DNA from: an uncultured cyanobacterium
GTDB lineage: Bacteria > Cyanobacteriota > Cyanobacteriia > Cyanobacteriales > CAWUOF01
NCBI GenBank assembly: GCA_963744145.1
Contig: CAVUSO010000001.1
Span: 3,104,001-3,168,000, forward strand
Direction: 5' to 3'
DNA: 64,000 nt
The position numbers and the translations under genes are program-made. The notes under the pieces were generated by a model. The model was not told where the DNA came from. It worked only from the letters and a program-made list of their open reading frames with translations, and searched no databases. Below, in pieces: positions 34,768 through 46,538 of the stretch (its first letter is position 1; every line of letters begins with the position of its first letter).

Positions 34768-35974
34768 ATGGGTTCAGGATCTTTTTGGAACGATGATTCT
34801 ACCGGACAAAATAATGTCCAAAGTCGAGGTTTACTCGCATCAGGTTGGAGACCATTATCACGACAGATTGATTTATCATTCCTGTTGCATTTAGCTACTA
34901 ACGATACCTGGGAATTAACACAAAAAACTCTAGATTTAGCGAGTGATATTGCAGATGCGATCGGACGTTCGAGATTATACTTGGTGGGCTAACATTTTAA
35001 ATATATTTTCCGAAAATACTCGCTATGAAATAGATGAATTTTGGAATTATATTACTCCCGAACCACCTGCACCTGATGAACAATTTAAAGATGTTTTAAG
35101 TATTGAAACTCCTACTGTGCAAATCGTTAGTCGTGATAGTATTCCGATTGATTATGTTTTGAATCGTCTCCGGGAAATTATTGTCATGAAAGTTCTAGAT
35201 TTATTAGGACGTCCAGAATTAATTACCCAAGACTATCTAGAACGACATTTCTATTATCCCGTCGAACGATTTCTCAATTGGGAAAGAATGGAAGCGATCG
35301 GTACAGTTTACGCTTATTGGTCACAGCATCAAGTTTGGTTGCAAATTAATAGTTCTGGAAGAGGAAGAAGACGTTATACTCTCATCGCTAAGGATATTGC
35401 ACCTTTAGTGAATAAATCAACCTATAATCTAGCAGTCATGTTGAGTGGTTATCAAAGTCGGGTTGGTCAGGTGCAAAGTCAGTTTCCGATTCGGACTTTT
35501 CCTAAAGATATTCAAAATTTTACTGATATTGTTCAACAAGCTATTATTGATCAAAATCAGTTAGCTGTGTTAGTACATGGAGATCCAGGAACAGGAAAAA
35601 CTGCATGGACTCAAGCAGTAGCAAAAGAAATTTTGATGCCCTTAGGATATGTTATTTTTATCTTAGATCATGATGCGGTCGAAAATTTTGTCCCCCAAAA
35701 TTATTTGCAACGGGTTTGTCTGATTATTAATGAAGCAGATAATTTAGCTCAAGATCGATCTACTGAAGTTGCTCAACGTAGTAGTAAAACTGAACATATT
35801 TTGAGTTTGCTAGATGGAACTTTATATCAGAGTGTAGTTGATGAAAATGGGTTACAATCAGAGCAAAGATTAGTAGTATTGATGACTTGTAATACTACAG
35901 AAAGGTTAGATCCAGCAGTTTTACGCAAGGGACGGGTTGATTTGATGTATGAATTTACCGAAAAGTTTATCTAG
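34768..35974 (+). pseudogene. AAA+ ATPase split by a +1 frameshift near 34970
   Basis: ORF 34768-34992 joins ORF 34943-35974 if one base is removed; GDPGTGKT, IINEAD, TCNTTERLDPAVLRKGRVD. Confidence 0.75.
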
Positions 35975-35995
35975 TTAAGATTGTAGGTAAGCATT

Positions 35996-36832
35996 ATGCT
36001 TAAGATTGAGCAGTTACTTCACCAAATTGCTACCCAAGAAAAAGAATTTTGTGCTACCCAATTTCTAGCTCCATCAGTGGTCGGAGGAAAGGTGCGATCG
36101 CGAGTATCAGGTCTGATCTATACTTTTACAATTAAACCCCAGCAATTTACTGGTTGGGGAATATTTCAACCTCTGAATTCTACCGTAGCTGAGTTGGTTA
36201 CTGAAGCAGATTTACCCCAGATTGCTGAATATATGCAATATATGTCACCCATGCGTTTTTGGTTAGCTTATGCTTTACAAAAAAACACTTGGCTCGCATA
36301 TCCAATTAATGAATCTGATGCTCAACAACGTTTTGGTATTACTAAACCAGTTCCGATCCATTTAGTCAGTAATGGTGCAGTTTTTGAACAAATTATTGCC
36401 CGATGGGATGGAGGTAATTGGTGGTTTGAAGATTATGATCGTCGAGCTGATCCTTTTTTATCAGAAAACCTGACAACCGCTTTAAAAGAAATTACTCTAC
36501 CAGCTAAACTTCGGTTTAAAGGAATGACACCAGAAATGAAAATAGTTTATCAGTTGGTAACCCAGCAACAAGCAGAATTTAAAGCCAAAATGGAGTTACA
36601 AACTGATGCAGAAAAACTTGCTCAAGCATTAAAATTAGGTGGAGGAGAATTACAAAAATTTCGCGATCGCGATGATTACTGGGTCGTAGAGTGGACTACT
36701 GGATATGGAGAACATCATACCAGTGCGATCGCTAAAAGTGACCTAACTGTAATCAGTGCAGGAATTTGTCTAAGTGGACTAGATCGAGATTTTGATTTAT
36801 CATCTTTAGTGGGTGTCGTGGAATCTCGATAG
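35996..36832 (+). CDS. Hypothetical protein with C-terminal SAGICLSGxDxDFDL motif (possible E2-like)
   Basis: Co-oriented in the operon; Cys in a GICL context. Confidence 0.7.
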   Translation: MLKIEQLLHQIATQEKEFCATQFLAPSVVGGKVRSRVSGLIYTFTIKPQQFTGWGIFQPLNSTVAELVTEADLPQIAEYMQYMSPMRFWLAYALQKNTWLAYPINESDAQQRFGITKPVPIHLVSNGAVFEQIIARWDGGNWWFEDYDRRADPFLSENLTTALKEITLPAKLRFKGMTPEMKIVYQLVTQQQAEFKAKMELQTDAEKLAQALKLGGGELQKFRDRDDYWVVEWTTGYGEHHTSAIAKSDLTVISAGICLSGLDRDFDLSSLVGVVESR

Positions 36833-36834
36833 CT

Positions 36835-36988
36835 GGTGATCATCCAATACGGTTCAGTTAAGGATATTTTGGGAGATCTGGTGAGAAGAAGGGTGAAGCA
36901 TTCGGATATAATATTATTCGTTTAAGTGATAAATTATCGCCCGAATGCTTCACCCCTACAGTTAACTTAACTATATTGGGTGATCATC
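36835..36988. mobile_element. MITE/REP-like element inserted in the operon
   Basis: Imperfect terminal inverted repeats GGTGATCATCCAATA.../...TATTGGGTGATCATC; internal GGGTGAAGCATTCG/CGAATGCTTCACCC is a compensatory variant of the 16.4 kb repeat. Confidence 0.75.
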
Positions 36989-37017
36989 TGGTTTTGTTCC
37001 CTCAATAATTAAAGTAA

Positions 37018-37653
37018 ATGTCTATATTCTTCCATGAACAACTCTATCGAACTCAACCAGTCATGGTGCAATTAACAAATTTTGCTGTGACTGTTTGTGG
37101 TGCTGGTGCGATCGGAGCTAACCTGACCGAAAGTTTAGCTCGATCGGGTTTAGCAAAATTAAAAGTAATTGATCGCGATCGCATTGAAGAACGTAATTTG
37201 TCAACTCAACCTTATTATCGAGCTGATGTTGGTGCTTGCAAAGCCAAAATATTAGCTCATCATCTTTATCGTGCTTTAGGAGTAAAAATTGAGGGTCAAT
37301 CTCAAGAATTAACTCCTAAAAATGTCAAAGAATTATTAAAAAATAGTGACTTAGTTATTGATTCCTTTGATAATAGTATCGGACGTCAAATAGTTAAAGA
37401 TTATTGTTTAGCAGCAAATCTTCCTTGTTTGCACATCGGATTAGCTAGTGACTATGGGGAAATTATCTGGAACAATTCTTATCGCGTTCCTTCTGGAGCT
37501 AATGATGATATTTGTGATTATCCATTAGCGAGAAATTTAGTCATGCTTACCGTTGCGATCGCAGCTGAAGTAATTATTAAGTTTATTGCTACTGGTAAAC
37601 AAGAGAGTTTTACTATTACCTTAGCAGATTTTGGGATTCAACAGTTTCATTAA
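37018..37653 (+). CDS. ThiF/MoeB/E1-family adenylyltransferase
   Basis: GAGAIG, DRDRIEERNLSTQ, IDSFDN, DDICDY; no CxxC zinc pairs. Confidence 0.9.
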   Translation: MSIFFHEQLYRTQPVMVQLTNFAVTVCGAGAIGANLTESLARSGLAKLKVIDRDRIEERNLSTQPYYRADVGACKAKILAHHLYRALGVKIEGQSQELTPKNVKELLKNSDLVIDSFDNSIGRQIVKDYCLAANLPCLHIGLASDYGEIIWNNSYRVPSGANDDICDYPLARNLVMLTVAIAAEVIIKFIATGKQESFTITLADFGIQQFH

Positions 37654-37916
37654 AAATCCCTAGATAACTTTAGATTAAAATTCAGCCAAATCACGGAAAA
37701 ATTGTAAAATTCTATTGTAGCCGATCGCTCTCCTCTCCTGGTCAAAGATCCCATCAAGTCTCACTGGACTAACTTGCTTTTGACCCTCAGTCCATCTCCA
37801 ACCGATTGGTCTGACCTCAACTAGGATGAATATCCCCAAGAATTACTCTCTCGCGATCGGATCGCGCCTAACAAATGTTATCTTGAGGAAAAGAGAGCTA
37901 TGATGCAGGCAAACTT

Positions 37917-38792
37917 ATGGATGCAGGTAAACAGCAAATTCTAGTTTATTTTATCGAAGAAGCTAAAGAACACCTAGAAACCATTGAACAAGGGTTATTG
38001 AATCTCCAGTCGGTAGTCAGTGATCAAGAGAAGACCAACGAACTATTTAGAGCTGCTCACTCAGTTAAGGGGGGTGCAGCGATGTTGGGATTTGGTAGTA
38101 TTCAAAAAACAGCTCACCAATTGGAAGATTGTTTTAAAATTCTCAAAGAAGAACCAGTAAATGTCGATCAAAAGCTGGAATCCCTATTTTTACAGAGCTT
38201 TGATACACTCCGGGATTTACTCGAACGTCTCCAAGGACCTTTTGGTCTGAGGGATGAAGAAGGTGACCAGATGGTCAAAAAAGCCGAACCAGTGTTTATG
38301 GAACTCCAATCGTACTTGAATAATTTAGCACATCAGGGTGGTGCTACTTCTACCGCAGCTTTTGCTGATCAGGTACTAATAGTTCTCCGCGAAATGTTAC
38401 AATTATTTAAAGAAAAAGAATCTACAAATAATCGTCAACAGCTCCAAGAACTATGTAATCGCTTAGAGCAAATGGATGTTCACACTGACAGTTGGCAACG
38501 TTTAGTTAAAACTGCTAAAGGTGCGATCGCTAACTCAAGTAATTCTTATCTCACCTTAGCTCCATTTGTGATTAAAGAAATCAAACAAGCCAGCGATTTA
38601 ATTACAGCCGGAAAAGCTAGCGAAATAGTTGCGAGTAGAAGTTTACAACTACTCCAATCCAAAGGAACTACTGTGCAAAAATATCTTAGCACCGTAGCGG
38701 AACCAAAAGCAGCAGCAGAAGCATTAATTAAAGCTTTTGATAAAAAACAATTAGCAGAGGTAATTAGTTTATTGCAAAAAGCTAGCAAATAG
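37917..38792 (+). CDS. Hpt (CheA P1-like) domain protein
   Basis: YFIEEAKEHL, LFRAAHSVKGGAAMLG. Confidence 0.9.
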   Translation: MDAGKQQILVYFIEEAKEHLETIEQGLLNLQSVVSDQEKTNELFRAAHSVKGGAAMLGFGSIQKTAHQLEDCFKILKEEPVNVDQKLESLFLQSFDTLRDLLERLQGPFGLRDEEGDQMVKKAEPVFMELQSYLNNLAHQGGATSTAAFADQVLIVLREMLQLFKEKESTNNRQQLQELCNRLEQMDVHTDSWQRLVKTAKGAIANSSNSYLTLAPFVIKEIKQASDLITAGKASEIVASRSLQLLQSKGTTVQKYLSTVAEPKAAAEALIKAFDKKQLAEVISLLQKASK

Positions 38793-38897
38793 TTCAGAGT
38801 CGGGATAAATATATAGCGATCGCTGGCAAACCAGTAGATATTATTATATTTATCCCTGCTTTTTCAGCACTTAGAAAAAATTAACTAAAATTTGAAT

Positions 38898-41426
38898 CTA
38901 TTCATCGTTAAATAGGTGCCCATCTTCCTGCTGACAACGTTCCCAATATATTTTAGCTACGTGATCATGGGGATTAATAACTAGACATTCTTGAAACAAT
39001 TTTGCTGCTTCAGTTAGCTGTTTTTGACTAGCTAATAATACTGCTTGTTCAAAAGTTACTTTAGTCTTTAATTTACCTGTTCTAATTTCTGGTAAGTCAG
39101 CATCAAAAACCTCAAAAATAGAGACATAACCTGATTTACCTTTAACCTGAACTCGATCAATTAGACGAATATTATAATCATTGGGATCTTGCAGAAGTAA
39201 AAAAGTATGATGACTAATTAATAAAGCTACTCCATAATTTTTAGTTAAACCTTCAATTCGAGAAGCTAAATTTACCGCATCACTAATTACTGTTCCATTC
39301 ATCCGGGATGGACTCCCTACCGTACCCAACATCAAAGAACCTGTATTAATCCCAATTCCAATCCTAATTTTGGGACGTCCGGGTCTACCTCTCGTTTCAT
39401 TATATTCATTCAGAGATTTTAACATCGCAATTCCTGCTTTGACTGCATCATCAGCACCACCACTAAATAAAGCCATAATTGCATCACCAATATATTTGTC
39501 AATAAAGCCATTATTTTCGGCGATCGCTGGTTCCATCCGCTGGAGATAAGCATTAATAAATTTAAAATTATCAGCGGGAGTCATTTGTTCCGATAGTTTC
39601 GTAAAATCACGAATATCTGAAAATAAAATTGACATATCTAGTTGCACGTTATCACCTAACTGCACATCCAGAATACTTTCACATCCCAAAAAATGGAGAA
39701 AAGCATGGGGTACGAATCTTTGGTAAGCATCGGTTAATTCTAATTCTGCATCTAGAGATTTTTCTAAGTTCTGATTAAGTTCAAATAATTCTTTAATTAA
39801 TCTTTCTCTTTCGACTTGGGCTTTTTTCCGCTGGGTAATATCTTGAAAAGCTACTAAAGCATAGGAAACATTACCATTTTCATCAAAAATTGGAGTACCA
39901 CTTCCTTCGATCGGGATAATTTTATCTGCTTGGCGGATTTCTAGATCGTCAGCACTATAATATTCTCCATTTAAAGCCCGAATAATCGGTAAATTTTGGT
40001 TTGGATAAAGTTGATTAGTACCCGCAATATATAATTTATGTTGATTAGCTAATTGACTTTTAGTGCTAGTTAATATCTCTTTACCCAGTAAAGATATTGC
40101 TGTCCGATTAGCATAGTAAGTATTACCATTACTATCCATCACCCATACTCCTACGGGCATTGCTTCTAACAATTGAATTAAGGTTTTTTCACTTTGACGC
40201 TGTAATCCTCGACTATAATAACCCGCGATCGCAATCATGGACACCGCAAAACCCATTAACGGTCTGACTACCGGAATCCACCAGCTTCCGAGAAATGCTA
40301 AATAGCAAGTTCCAAATGCTATTCCTCCTGTGATTACAATCCAAATACCGTGAACAATCCAACGTAAAAAAAAATGCTTTTTTAAATAATTTGCTTGGAA
40401 TAAAGTTAAAGTAACTATCCCACCAATAAAAGACCAACCCACAATCCACAAATTTTCCAAATATGCAGGCCAAAATTGGATTTGGGGTCTTCCTTCTAAA
40501 GCACTACTTAAAATTTGACTAGCTAAATTAGCATGAATTAATACTCCTGGTGTGCGTTTGGGACTGCCAAATAGTTTGGTACTATAAGAAGTAAAAAAAA
40601 GATCATTCAGACTTTGTCCGGTCGCACCAATAAAAACTAAGCGATCGCGAATTGCTGCGATTGGAACTCGATCTTCTAAAAGGTCTGTCATCGATATCGT
40701 CTCAAAATTACTTTCTGGACCGCGAAAGTTTAAAATAATCTGATATCCACCCGCATTAGTCCGCACATAACCTCCCTCATTGCCCGTAAAGGGAGTAATA
40801 ACTGCTTTTCCCAACCCGAACTTTTTTTTGACAGGATCGATCATTCTCAGAGTAATCCCCTCAGATTCCAGATACATCATGGCTAAATTAGCGCCTAAAC
40901 TTAACCTGGTTGACTTATTATCTTTAACCGATATTAACCCGCGCCGAATTTTGCCATCCGGATCAATCACCAAATCGGATAAGGCAACTTGATCTAATTT
41001 ACTTAATATCGGTGGAGGCTCAACTCGCTCTCCTGCTACTTTTTCTACTCCGATCAGATTGGGTGTAGACTTAAATACTTCCTCTAATTCTTGATGTCCT
41101 GGCTCGACTGGCAAATTCCGATACAGATCCAAACCGATCGCTTTTGGTTGCTTGACTTTGATTTTTTCGATTAATTTGGCTAGACTTCCATCTGCTAGTG
41201 GCCATTTATTCGCATGACTAATATCAGATTCCCCAATCGTCACAATCACAATCCGGGGATCAGGTGTTTCCAATGGACGCAGACGAAAAAATAAATCTAG
41301 AGTATTTAACTCTAACAGTTGAAATAAACCAGCATAACTGGCAGCCATGACTAATGCAGCTACACTAGGGGCCGTAATCAATACCCCTCGCCATTGCCAA
41401 ATTCTCTTTTTCAGTTTGGGCCACAT
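38898..41426 (-). CDS. CHASE2-TM-PAS class III adenylate/guanylate cyclase
   Basis: CHASE2 IGLDLYR; LFSDIRDFT, DKYIGDAIMALF, GIGINTG, DAVNLASRIE. Confidence 0.92.
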   Translation of the reverse strand: MWPKLKKRIWQWRGVLITAPSVAALVMAASYAGLFQLLELNTLDLFFRLRPLETPDPRIVIVTIGESDISHANKWPLADGSLAKLIEKIKVKQPKAIGLDLYRNLPVEPGHQELEEVFKSTPNLIGVEKVAGERVEPPPILSKLDQVALSDLVIDPDGKIRRGLISVKDNKSTRLSLGANLAMMYLESEGITLRMIDPVKKKFGLGKAVITPFTGNEGGYVRTNAGGYQIILNFRGPESNFETISMTDLLEDRVPIAAIRDRLVFIGATGQSLNDLFFTSYSTKLFGSPKRTPGVLIHANLASQILSSALEGRPQIQFWPAYLENLWIVGWSFIGGIVTLTLFQANYLKKHFFLRWIVHGIWIVITGGIAFGTCYLAFLGSWWIPVVRPLMGFAVSMIAIAGYYSRGLQRQSEKTLIQLLEAMPVGVWVMDSNGNTYYANRTAISLLGKEILTSTKSQLANQHKLYIAGTNQLYPNQNLPIIRALNGEYYSADDLEIRQADKIIPIEGSGTPIFDENGNVSYALVAFQDITQRKKAQVERERLIKELFELNQNLEKSLDAELELTDAYQRFVPHAFLHFLGCESILDVQLGDNVQLDMSILFSDIRDFTKLSEQMTPADNFKFINAYLQRMEPAIAENNGFIDKYIGDAIMALFSGGADDAVKAGIAMLKSLNEYNETRGRPGRPKIRIGIGINTGSLMLGTVGSPSRMNGTVISDAVNLASRIEGLTKNYGVALLISHHTFLLLQDPNDYNIRLIDRVQVKGKSGYVSIFEVFDADLPEIRTGKLKTKVTFEQAVLLASQKQLTEAAKLFQECLVINPHDHVAKIYWERCQQEDGHLFNDE

Positions 41427-42000
41427 AGATAATTGGCTACCAGAATTAAGCTTGAATGGGTGGGCATTAATTAATCGTGTATTTAATGGTCATTTGATTA
41501 GGCTAAGTACACAATATTAGGATAAGTTACTACAACTTTCTCTAATACTTCTACCGCAAGAAGTTGGGGATTGTCACCTACTACGAATGAGGATATACCT
41601 ACTCAAAACATATCCAGCGTTACTTTTGTACCAGTTTGGGAAAAAGTCTTTCCGATTGCAGGTCAAAGTTTTACCCCATCCGATCAGACCCTCAGCAGTC
41701 ACAGAGGTGCTTAACACTACTAACAGTCATATTCGACGATTACAGAAATTTTCCCATGACCAACAACCCGATCCACTTTTGATTTATGATGACAACTACC
41801 AATAAATCAGTTGAAAATATCTAGGTTAATTGCTAGATTAGTTTAGGCACCATTAAGCTAGTTTAGTAATAATAATCCGCTCCTATTTATAACCCAGATA
41901 TATTGAGACCTTTAATCAAAGCAGGTATTCCTTTAAATTTAGCGCAAAATATTAAAACTGTTTAGTGTAACATTTTGCAAAGTTTTAGAACAATTTAGAC

Positions 42001-42078
42001 AATTTATACACTAATTAAACACTTAGTTAAACATCATTTATAATCGAAGTATGTCAGACTAGCTATTGTTAACAAATT
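42001..42078 (+). promoter_or_regulatory. Conserved upstream block, copy 1 (paralog 54702-54778)
   Basis: TATACACTAATTAAAC...GTTAAACAT...CGAAGT.TGTCAGACT shared by both duplicated clusters. Confidence 0.6.
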
Positions 42079-42189
42079 AACCAAATCAGCGAAATATCAT
42101 AGCTAATAAAGCTTTTTTAAAGACGCTGTCAACTGGGTATCTAGAATCACTACTAATTACTCCAAACTTAACCTACTAGAGGAAGCATC

Positions 42190-42723
42190 ATGAGTACAGC
42201 AATTGATAACTTTAACAAACAACTTCTTGACAATGTAAAAGCAGTTGAAGATCGGGCAATATCGCTGAAGGAAAGCCTTCACTGTGCGACGAAAAAAACT
42301 CAAGATGAAGTTCAATCAAAACTAAACGAAGTGAAAAACAAACTAACCACAAATAAACAAGAATTTGAGCATTATTTGGTAAGTATAAAAACTCAATTCG
42401 AGGAAAAAGAAGCTGAGTTGAAGTCAAATGTCGAAGAATGGAAAGCGAGTCGTGAAGTCAAGAAACTTGAACATCGGGCTGATAAAGCTGAAAACTATGC
42501 AGCGACAGCGATCTTATTCGCAATAGCAGTTCTAGAAGAAGCTGAAAAAGCAACTTTAGAAGCAATTTCTACCAGATTCGATGCAGAAGCAGCAGCGGGA
42601 ACTACTCAGAAGGAAGAGGCAGAATTGGCGGTAGGAACTACTCAGAAGGAAGAGGCAGAATTAGCGGTAGGAACTACTCAGAAGGAAGAGGCAGAATTGG
42701 TGGCAGGAACTACTCAGAAGTAA
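42190..42723 (+). CDS. Coiled-coil hypothetical protein with C-terminal repeats
   Basis: GAGG RBS; ADKAENYA..AI.FA..A..EAE.A.LEAI pattern. Confidence 0.75.
   Translation: MSTAIDNFNKQLLDNVKAVEDRAISLKESLHCATKKTQDEVQSKLNEVKNKLTTNKQEFEHYLVSIKTQFEEKEAELKSNVEEWKASREVKKLEHRADKAENYAATAILFAIAVLEEAEKATLEAISTRFDAEAAAGTTQKEEAELAVGTTQKEEAELAVGTTQKEEAELVAGTTQK
42598..42720 (+). repeat. 36-bp coding tandem repeat, three full copies plus a partial (GTTQKEEAELAV)
   Basis: Units start at 42598, 42634, 42670 and 42706. Confidence 0.9.
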
Positions 42724-42800
42724 CCAACGATTAAACCAAGCTGGTCGGGCAGTTAGTTGACATCGATACCCATTCCATTTTCTCAAAAGGAAACAAATTC

Positions 42801-43340
42801 ATGGCATATACACATACCATTGTTGCTCATTTCCCCTCCCATACAGAAGCAGAAAGAGTTGTATTGGAACTGCAAAAAGAAGGCTTCGATCTACAAAAGC
42901 TCTCGATCATTGGCAAAGACTACCATTCCACTGAACAGGTGCGTGGATTTCTCACCTGGAAAGATACAGCCAAAGCTGGTGCGATCGGAGGTGGATATTG
43001 GGGTAGCTTCGTCGGAGGTTTATTTGGCATTTTAGCAGGAGCTGGAGTGCTGTTTATTCCCGGAATGGCTCCGATCATTATTGCTGGTCCCATTGCTGGA
43101 ATATTAGCAGGTTGGCTAGAAGGAACGGTTGTTGGTGGTGTTGGTGCTGCTGCTGTAGGAGGACTAGCAGGTGCCTTGGGAGGGTTAGGAATCCCGAAGG
43201 ATGAGGTACTCAAGTATGATACTAAAATCCAAGCAGGTGAGTTCATCATTCTGGTAACAGGTACTGACGAGGATGTCTCTCAGGCAAAGCAAAGTCTAGA
43301 CAAAATCAGTCATAAAGTCAGCCTTTCGATTCCTGTCTAG
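42801..43340 (+). CDS. General stress (YflT/DUF1269-like) membrane protein
   Basis: LSIIGKD, Gly-rich TM hairpin, GLGIPKDEVLKY. Confidence 0.8.
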   Translation: MAYTHTIVAHFPSHTEAERVVLELQKEGFDLQKLSIIGKDYHSTEQVRGFLTWKDTAKAGAIGGGYWGSFVGGLFGILAGAGVLFIPGMAPIIIAGPIAGILAGWLEGTVVGGVGAAAVGGLAGALGGLGIPKDEVLKYDTKIQAGEFIILVTGTDEDVSQAKQSLDKISHKVSLSIPV

Positions 43341-43793
43341 TGCTTTACCAATGGTAAAAGATTAAACTTGGTTGGTGGGCATTGTTTAATGTGTGAATGA
43401 CGCGACAATCAAGTTATGTTCCAAACGGATTATTTGGTAGAAAATCTGATGGCTCAAATGCTAATTGTTCATGTCATTCACACCGCTAAGTTTCCTTTTT
43501 TTTCGAGTCTGGAACACTTTTTAAACAGCTATTTGCATATATTTAACATGAACAGATTTTTCTTTTCACTAGTTACTTTCGAGGGAGAAATTTTGGTGTA
43601 AATCCCTACTTGTAAATTCCAATTCTATTAACATGAGGTAGCTTTTTTAGGCAGTTAGCGATCGCGGTTCCTATCTGTAGTCTAACAACACAATTTAGGG
43701 CGATCGCGCTCATCTTCTGTTTGCAGCAAATTTACCTTAGACCTCAATATCGGTGTGCCTTGAACTTGGCTTCAAAAAGGAAAATAGAACCAA

Positions 43794-46207
43794 ATGAAGA
43801 AAAATACACTTTCCCCAGAACTGCTCCACAAAATAGACGCATACTGGCGTGCTGCTAACTATCTGTCGGTTGGGCAAATTTATCTCTACGACAATCCGTT
43901 GCTGAAGGAGCCGCTAAAACTCTCCCATGTCAAACCTTTAGTGGTCGGACATTGGGGCACAACGCCGGGTCAGAACTTCATCTATGTCCACTTGAATCGG
44001 GTGATCAGAAAGTATGACCTGGATATGTTCTATATCTCTGGTCCTGGTCATGGTGGTCCGGCGCTGGTAGGTAATACTTACCTCGAAGGTTCCTACAGTG
44101 AGATTTATCCAAACATCAGCCAAGACGAAGCCGGACTGAAAAAGCTGTTCAAGCAATTCTCATTTCCCGGCGGAATTTCCAGTCATGTTGCGCCAACAAC
44201 ACCAGGGTCAATTCACGAAGGAGGCGAGTTGGGATACTCCCTCAGCCATGCTTTCGGAGCTGCATTTGACAATCCCGATCTGATCGTTAGCTGCATCATT
44301 GGTGATGGTGAAGCGGAGACGGGTCCATTGGCGACCGCATGGCAGTCCAACAAGCTGCTCAACCCGATTACCGACGGTGCCGTTCTACCCATCCTACATC
44401 TGAATGGCTACAAAATCAACAATCCGACGATCCTGGCTCGCATTGAGCATGAGGAGTTAGAGCAATTTCTCCGAGGCTGCGGCTGGACACCTTACTTTGT
44501 AGCAGGCGATGAGCCAGAAAAGATGCACGAACTCATGGCTAGCACTCTAGACCAGGCGATCGAGGACATTCAGCAAATCCGCAGCAATGCCAGGAACAAC
44601 CATAACACCATGCGACCGCGTTGGCCGATGATCGTTCTTAAGTCGCCCAAGGGCTGGACAGGACCGAAATTTGTCGATGGTCTGCCCAACGAAGGTACAT
44701 CGCGATCGCACCAGGTGCCGCTGATTGTGGATGCCCAACATCCAGATCATGTCCAACAGTTAGAAAGCTGGATGAAGAGCTACAAAGCAGAAGAACTATT
44801 CGATCAGGATGGACGGTTGTTGCCGGAATTGGCAGAGTTAGCACCCCAGGGCGATCGACGGATGGGCGCGAACCCCCACACCAATGGCGGTCTGTTGCTG
44901 CGTGATCTGTGTCTGCCAAACTTCTATGACTATGCGGTGTCTGTACCTTCTCCCGGTGCTGTTGATGGTCAGGACACAATGATCCTAGGCAAATTCCTGC
45001 GTGATGTGATCAAGCTGAATCAACAGCAGAGGAATTTCCGCATCTTCGGCCCGATGAAACACTCTCGAATCTTTTGGGCGCGGTGTTTGAAGTCACGAAT
45101 CGTCAGTGGGAAGGACGGGAGGAAAAGAACGATGAGTTTCTCGCGCCTGCCGGACGGGTGGTGGATTCAATGCTCAGTGAACACCAGTGTGAGGGTTGGT
45201 TGGAAGGCTATTTGCTAACTGGGCGACACGGACTATTCAACAGCTATGAAGCCTTTATTCGGATCGTTGATTCGATGTTCAGTCAACATGCCAAATGGCT
45301 GAAAGTCACATCAGAACTACCTTGGCGACAGCCGATCGCCTCGCTGAACTATCTGCTGGCTTCCCACGTCTGGCAACAGGATCACAACGGCTTTACCCAC
45401 CAAGACCCGGGCTTCCTTGATCACGTTATCAATAAAAAAGCCGATATCGTGCGTGTATATCTACCACCTGATGCGAACTGTCTGCTGTCGGTCTTTGATC
45501 ACTGCTTGCGGAGCCGACACTACGTGAATGTAGTCGTGGCTGGTAAACACGCGCTCCCGCAATGGCTAACTATGGATGCAGCGATTACACATTGCACAGA
45601 AGGAATCGGGATCTGGCAATGGGCTAGTAATGATCAGGACGCTGAACCAGACGTAGTGATGGCTTGCTGTGGTGATACACCGACCCTTGAGATTTTGGCT
45701 GCTGTTTCTATCCTGCGTCTGCATCTGCCCGATCTGAAAATTCGGGTGATCAATGTCGTCGATCTGATGAAGTTACAGTCCGCTAGTGAACACCCGCATG
45801 GTCTGAGTGAAAAGGACTACGACTCACTGTTTACAACAGACAAACCCATTATCTTTGGCTTTCATGGCTATCCCTGGCTGGTACACCGACTGACCTATCG
45901 CCGACTCAACAACAACCTTCATGTTCGGGGCTACAAGGAAGAAGGCACGATCACAACAGCCTTTGATATCAGGGTGCAAAATGACCTGGATCGCTTTCAT
46001 CTGGTCCAAGATGTGGTCGATCGTCTGCCCAATTTGGGTACTAAGGGGGCTTATCTCAAGCAAATGATGCAGGACAAGCTGATTGAACACAAACAATACA
46101 TTAACCAGCACGGCGAAGACTTACCAGAAATCCGCAACTGGAAGTGGAGTTCGGAAGCAATGCAGAAAGGAAAACCGTTGGTGGAAAAAATGCCTGTACT
46201 GAACTGA
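43794..46207 (+). pseudogene. xfp: Phosphoketolase copy 1 with 1-nt deletion near 45050
   Basis: Near-identical to 55118-57532; TTCGGCCCGATG here versus TTCGGTCCCGATG in copy 2. Confidence 0.9.
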
Positions 46208-46264
46208 AACAATAGCTTTCGCGTACTGTTGGTAAATTTTTTGGAATTTTTCAGGACATCGAAC

Positions 46265-46538
46265 ATGACTACCCAGATTGAAGTTGAAGTTGTAGGTCGG
46301 AACACTCCGTTCACCAGGAATGGGGAATCATTACCAGGATCAAAGGTAGTGGTGCAAAGGACATGGCAGGTCATCCGGTCGAAAAAATCACAGTCGGTCT
46401 GGATGGCTTGCGCGATCGCTACAAAGAATGCCTCAAAGAATATTTTCAAATGGTCGCTTGCTTGGCCAAGTAACCCCAGATGATTACTGTGAGCATCGGA
46501 GCAAATACAATGCCATAATGGCAGGGCAGGGAGCATGA
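46265..46538 (+). pseudogene. Deleted remnants of the 60-aa ORF and class I aldolase
   Basis: MTTQIEVEV start fused to AAGGACATGGCAGGTCATCCGGTCGAAAAAATCACAG (matches about 58209 onward) and the aldolase 3' end. Confidence 0.8.

Noticed and set aside
41587..41805. 72-aa ORF in the cyclase upstream region
   Set aside because: No RBS or recognisable motif
43416..43601. 61-aa ORF and the 63-aa ORF at 54862
   Set aside because: They overlap duplicated leader DNA whose reading frames are not conserved between copies
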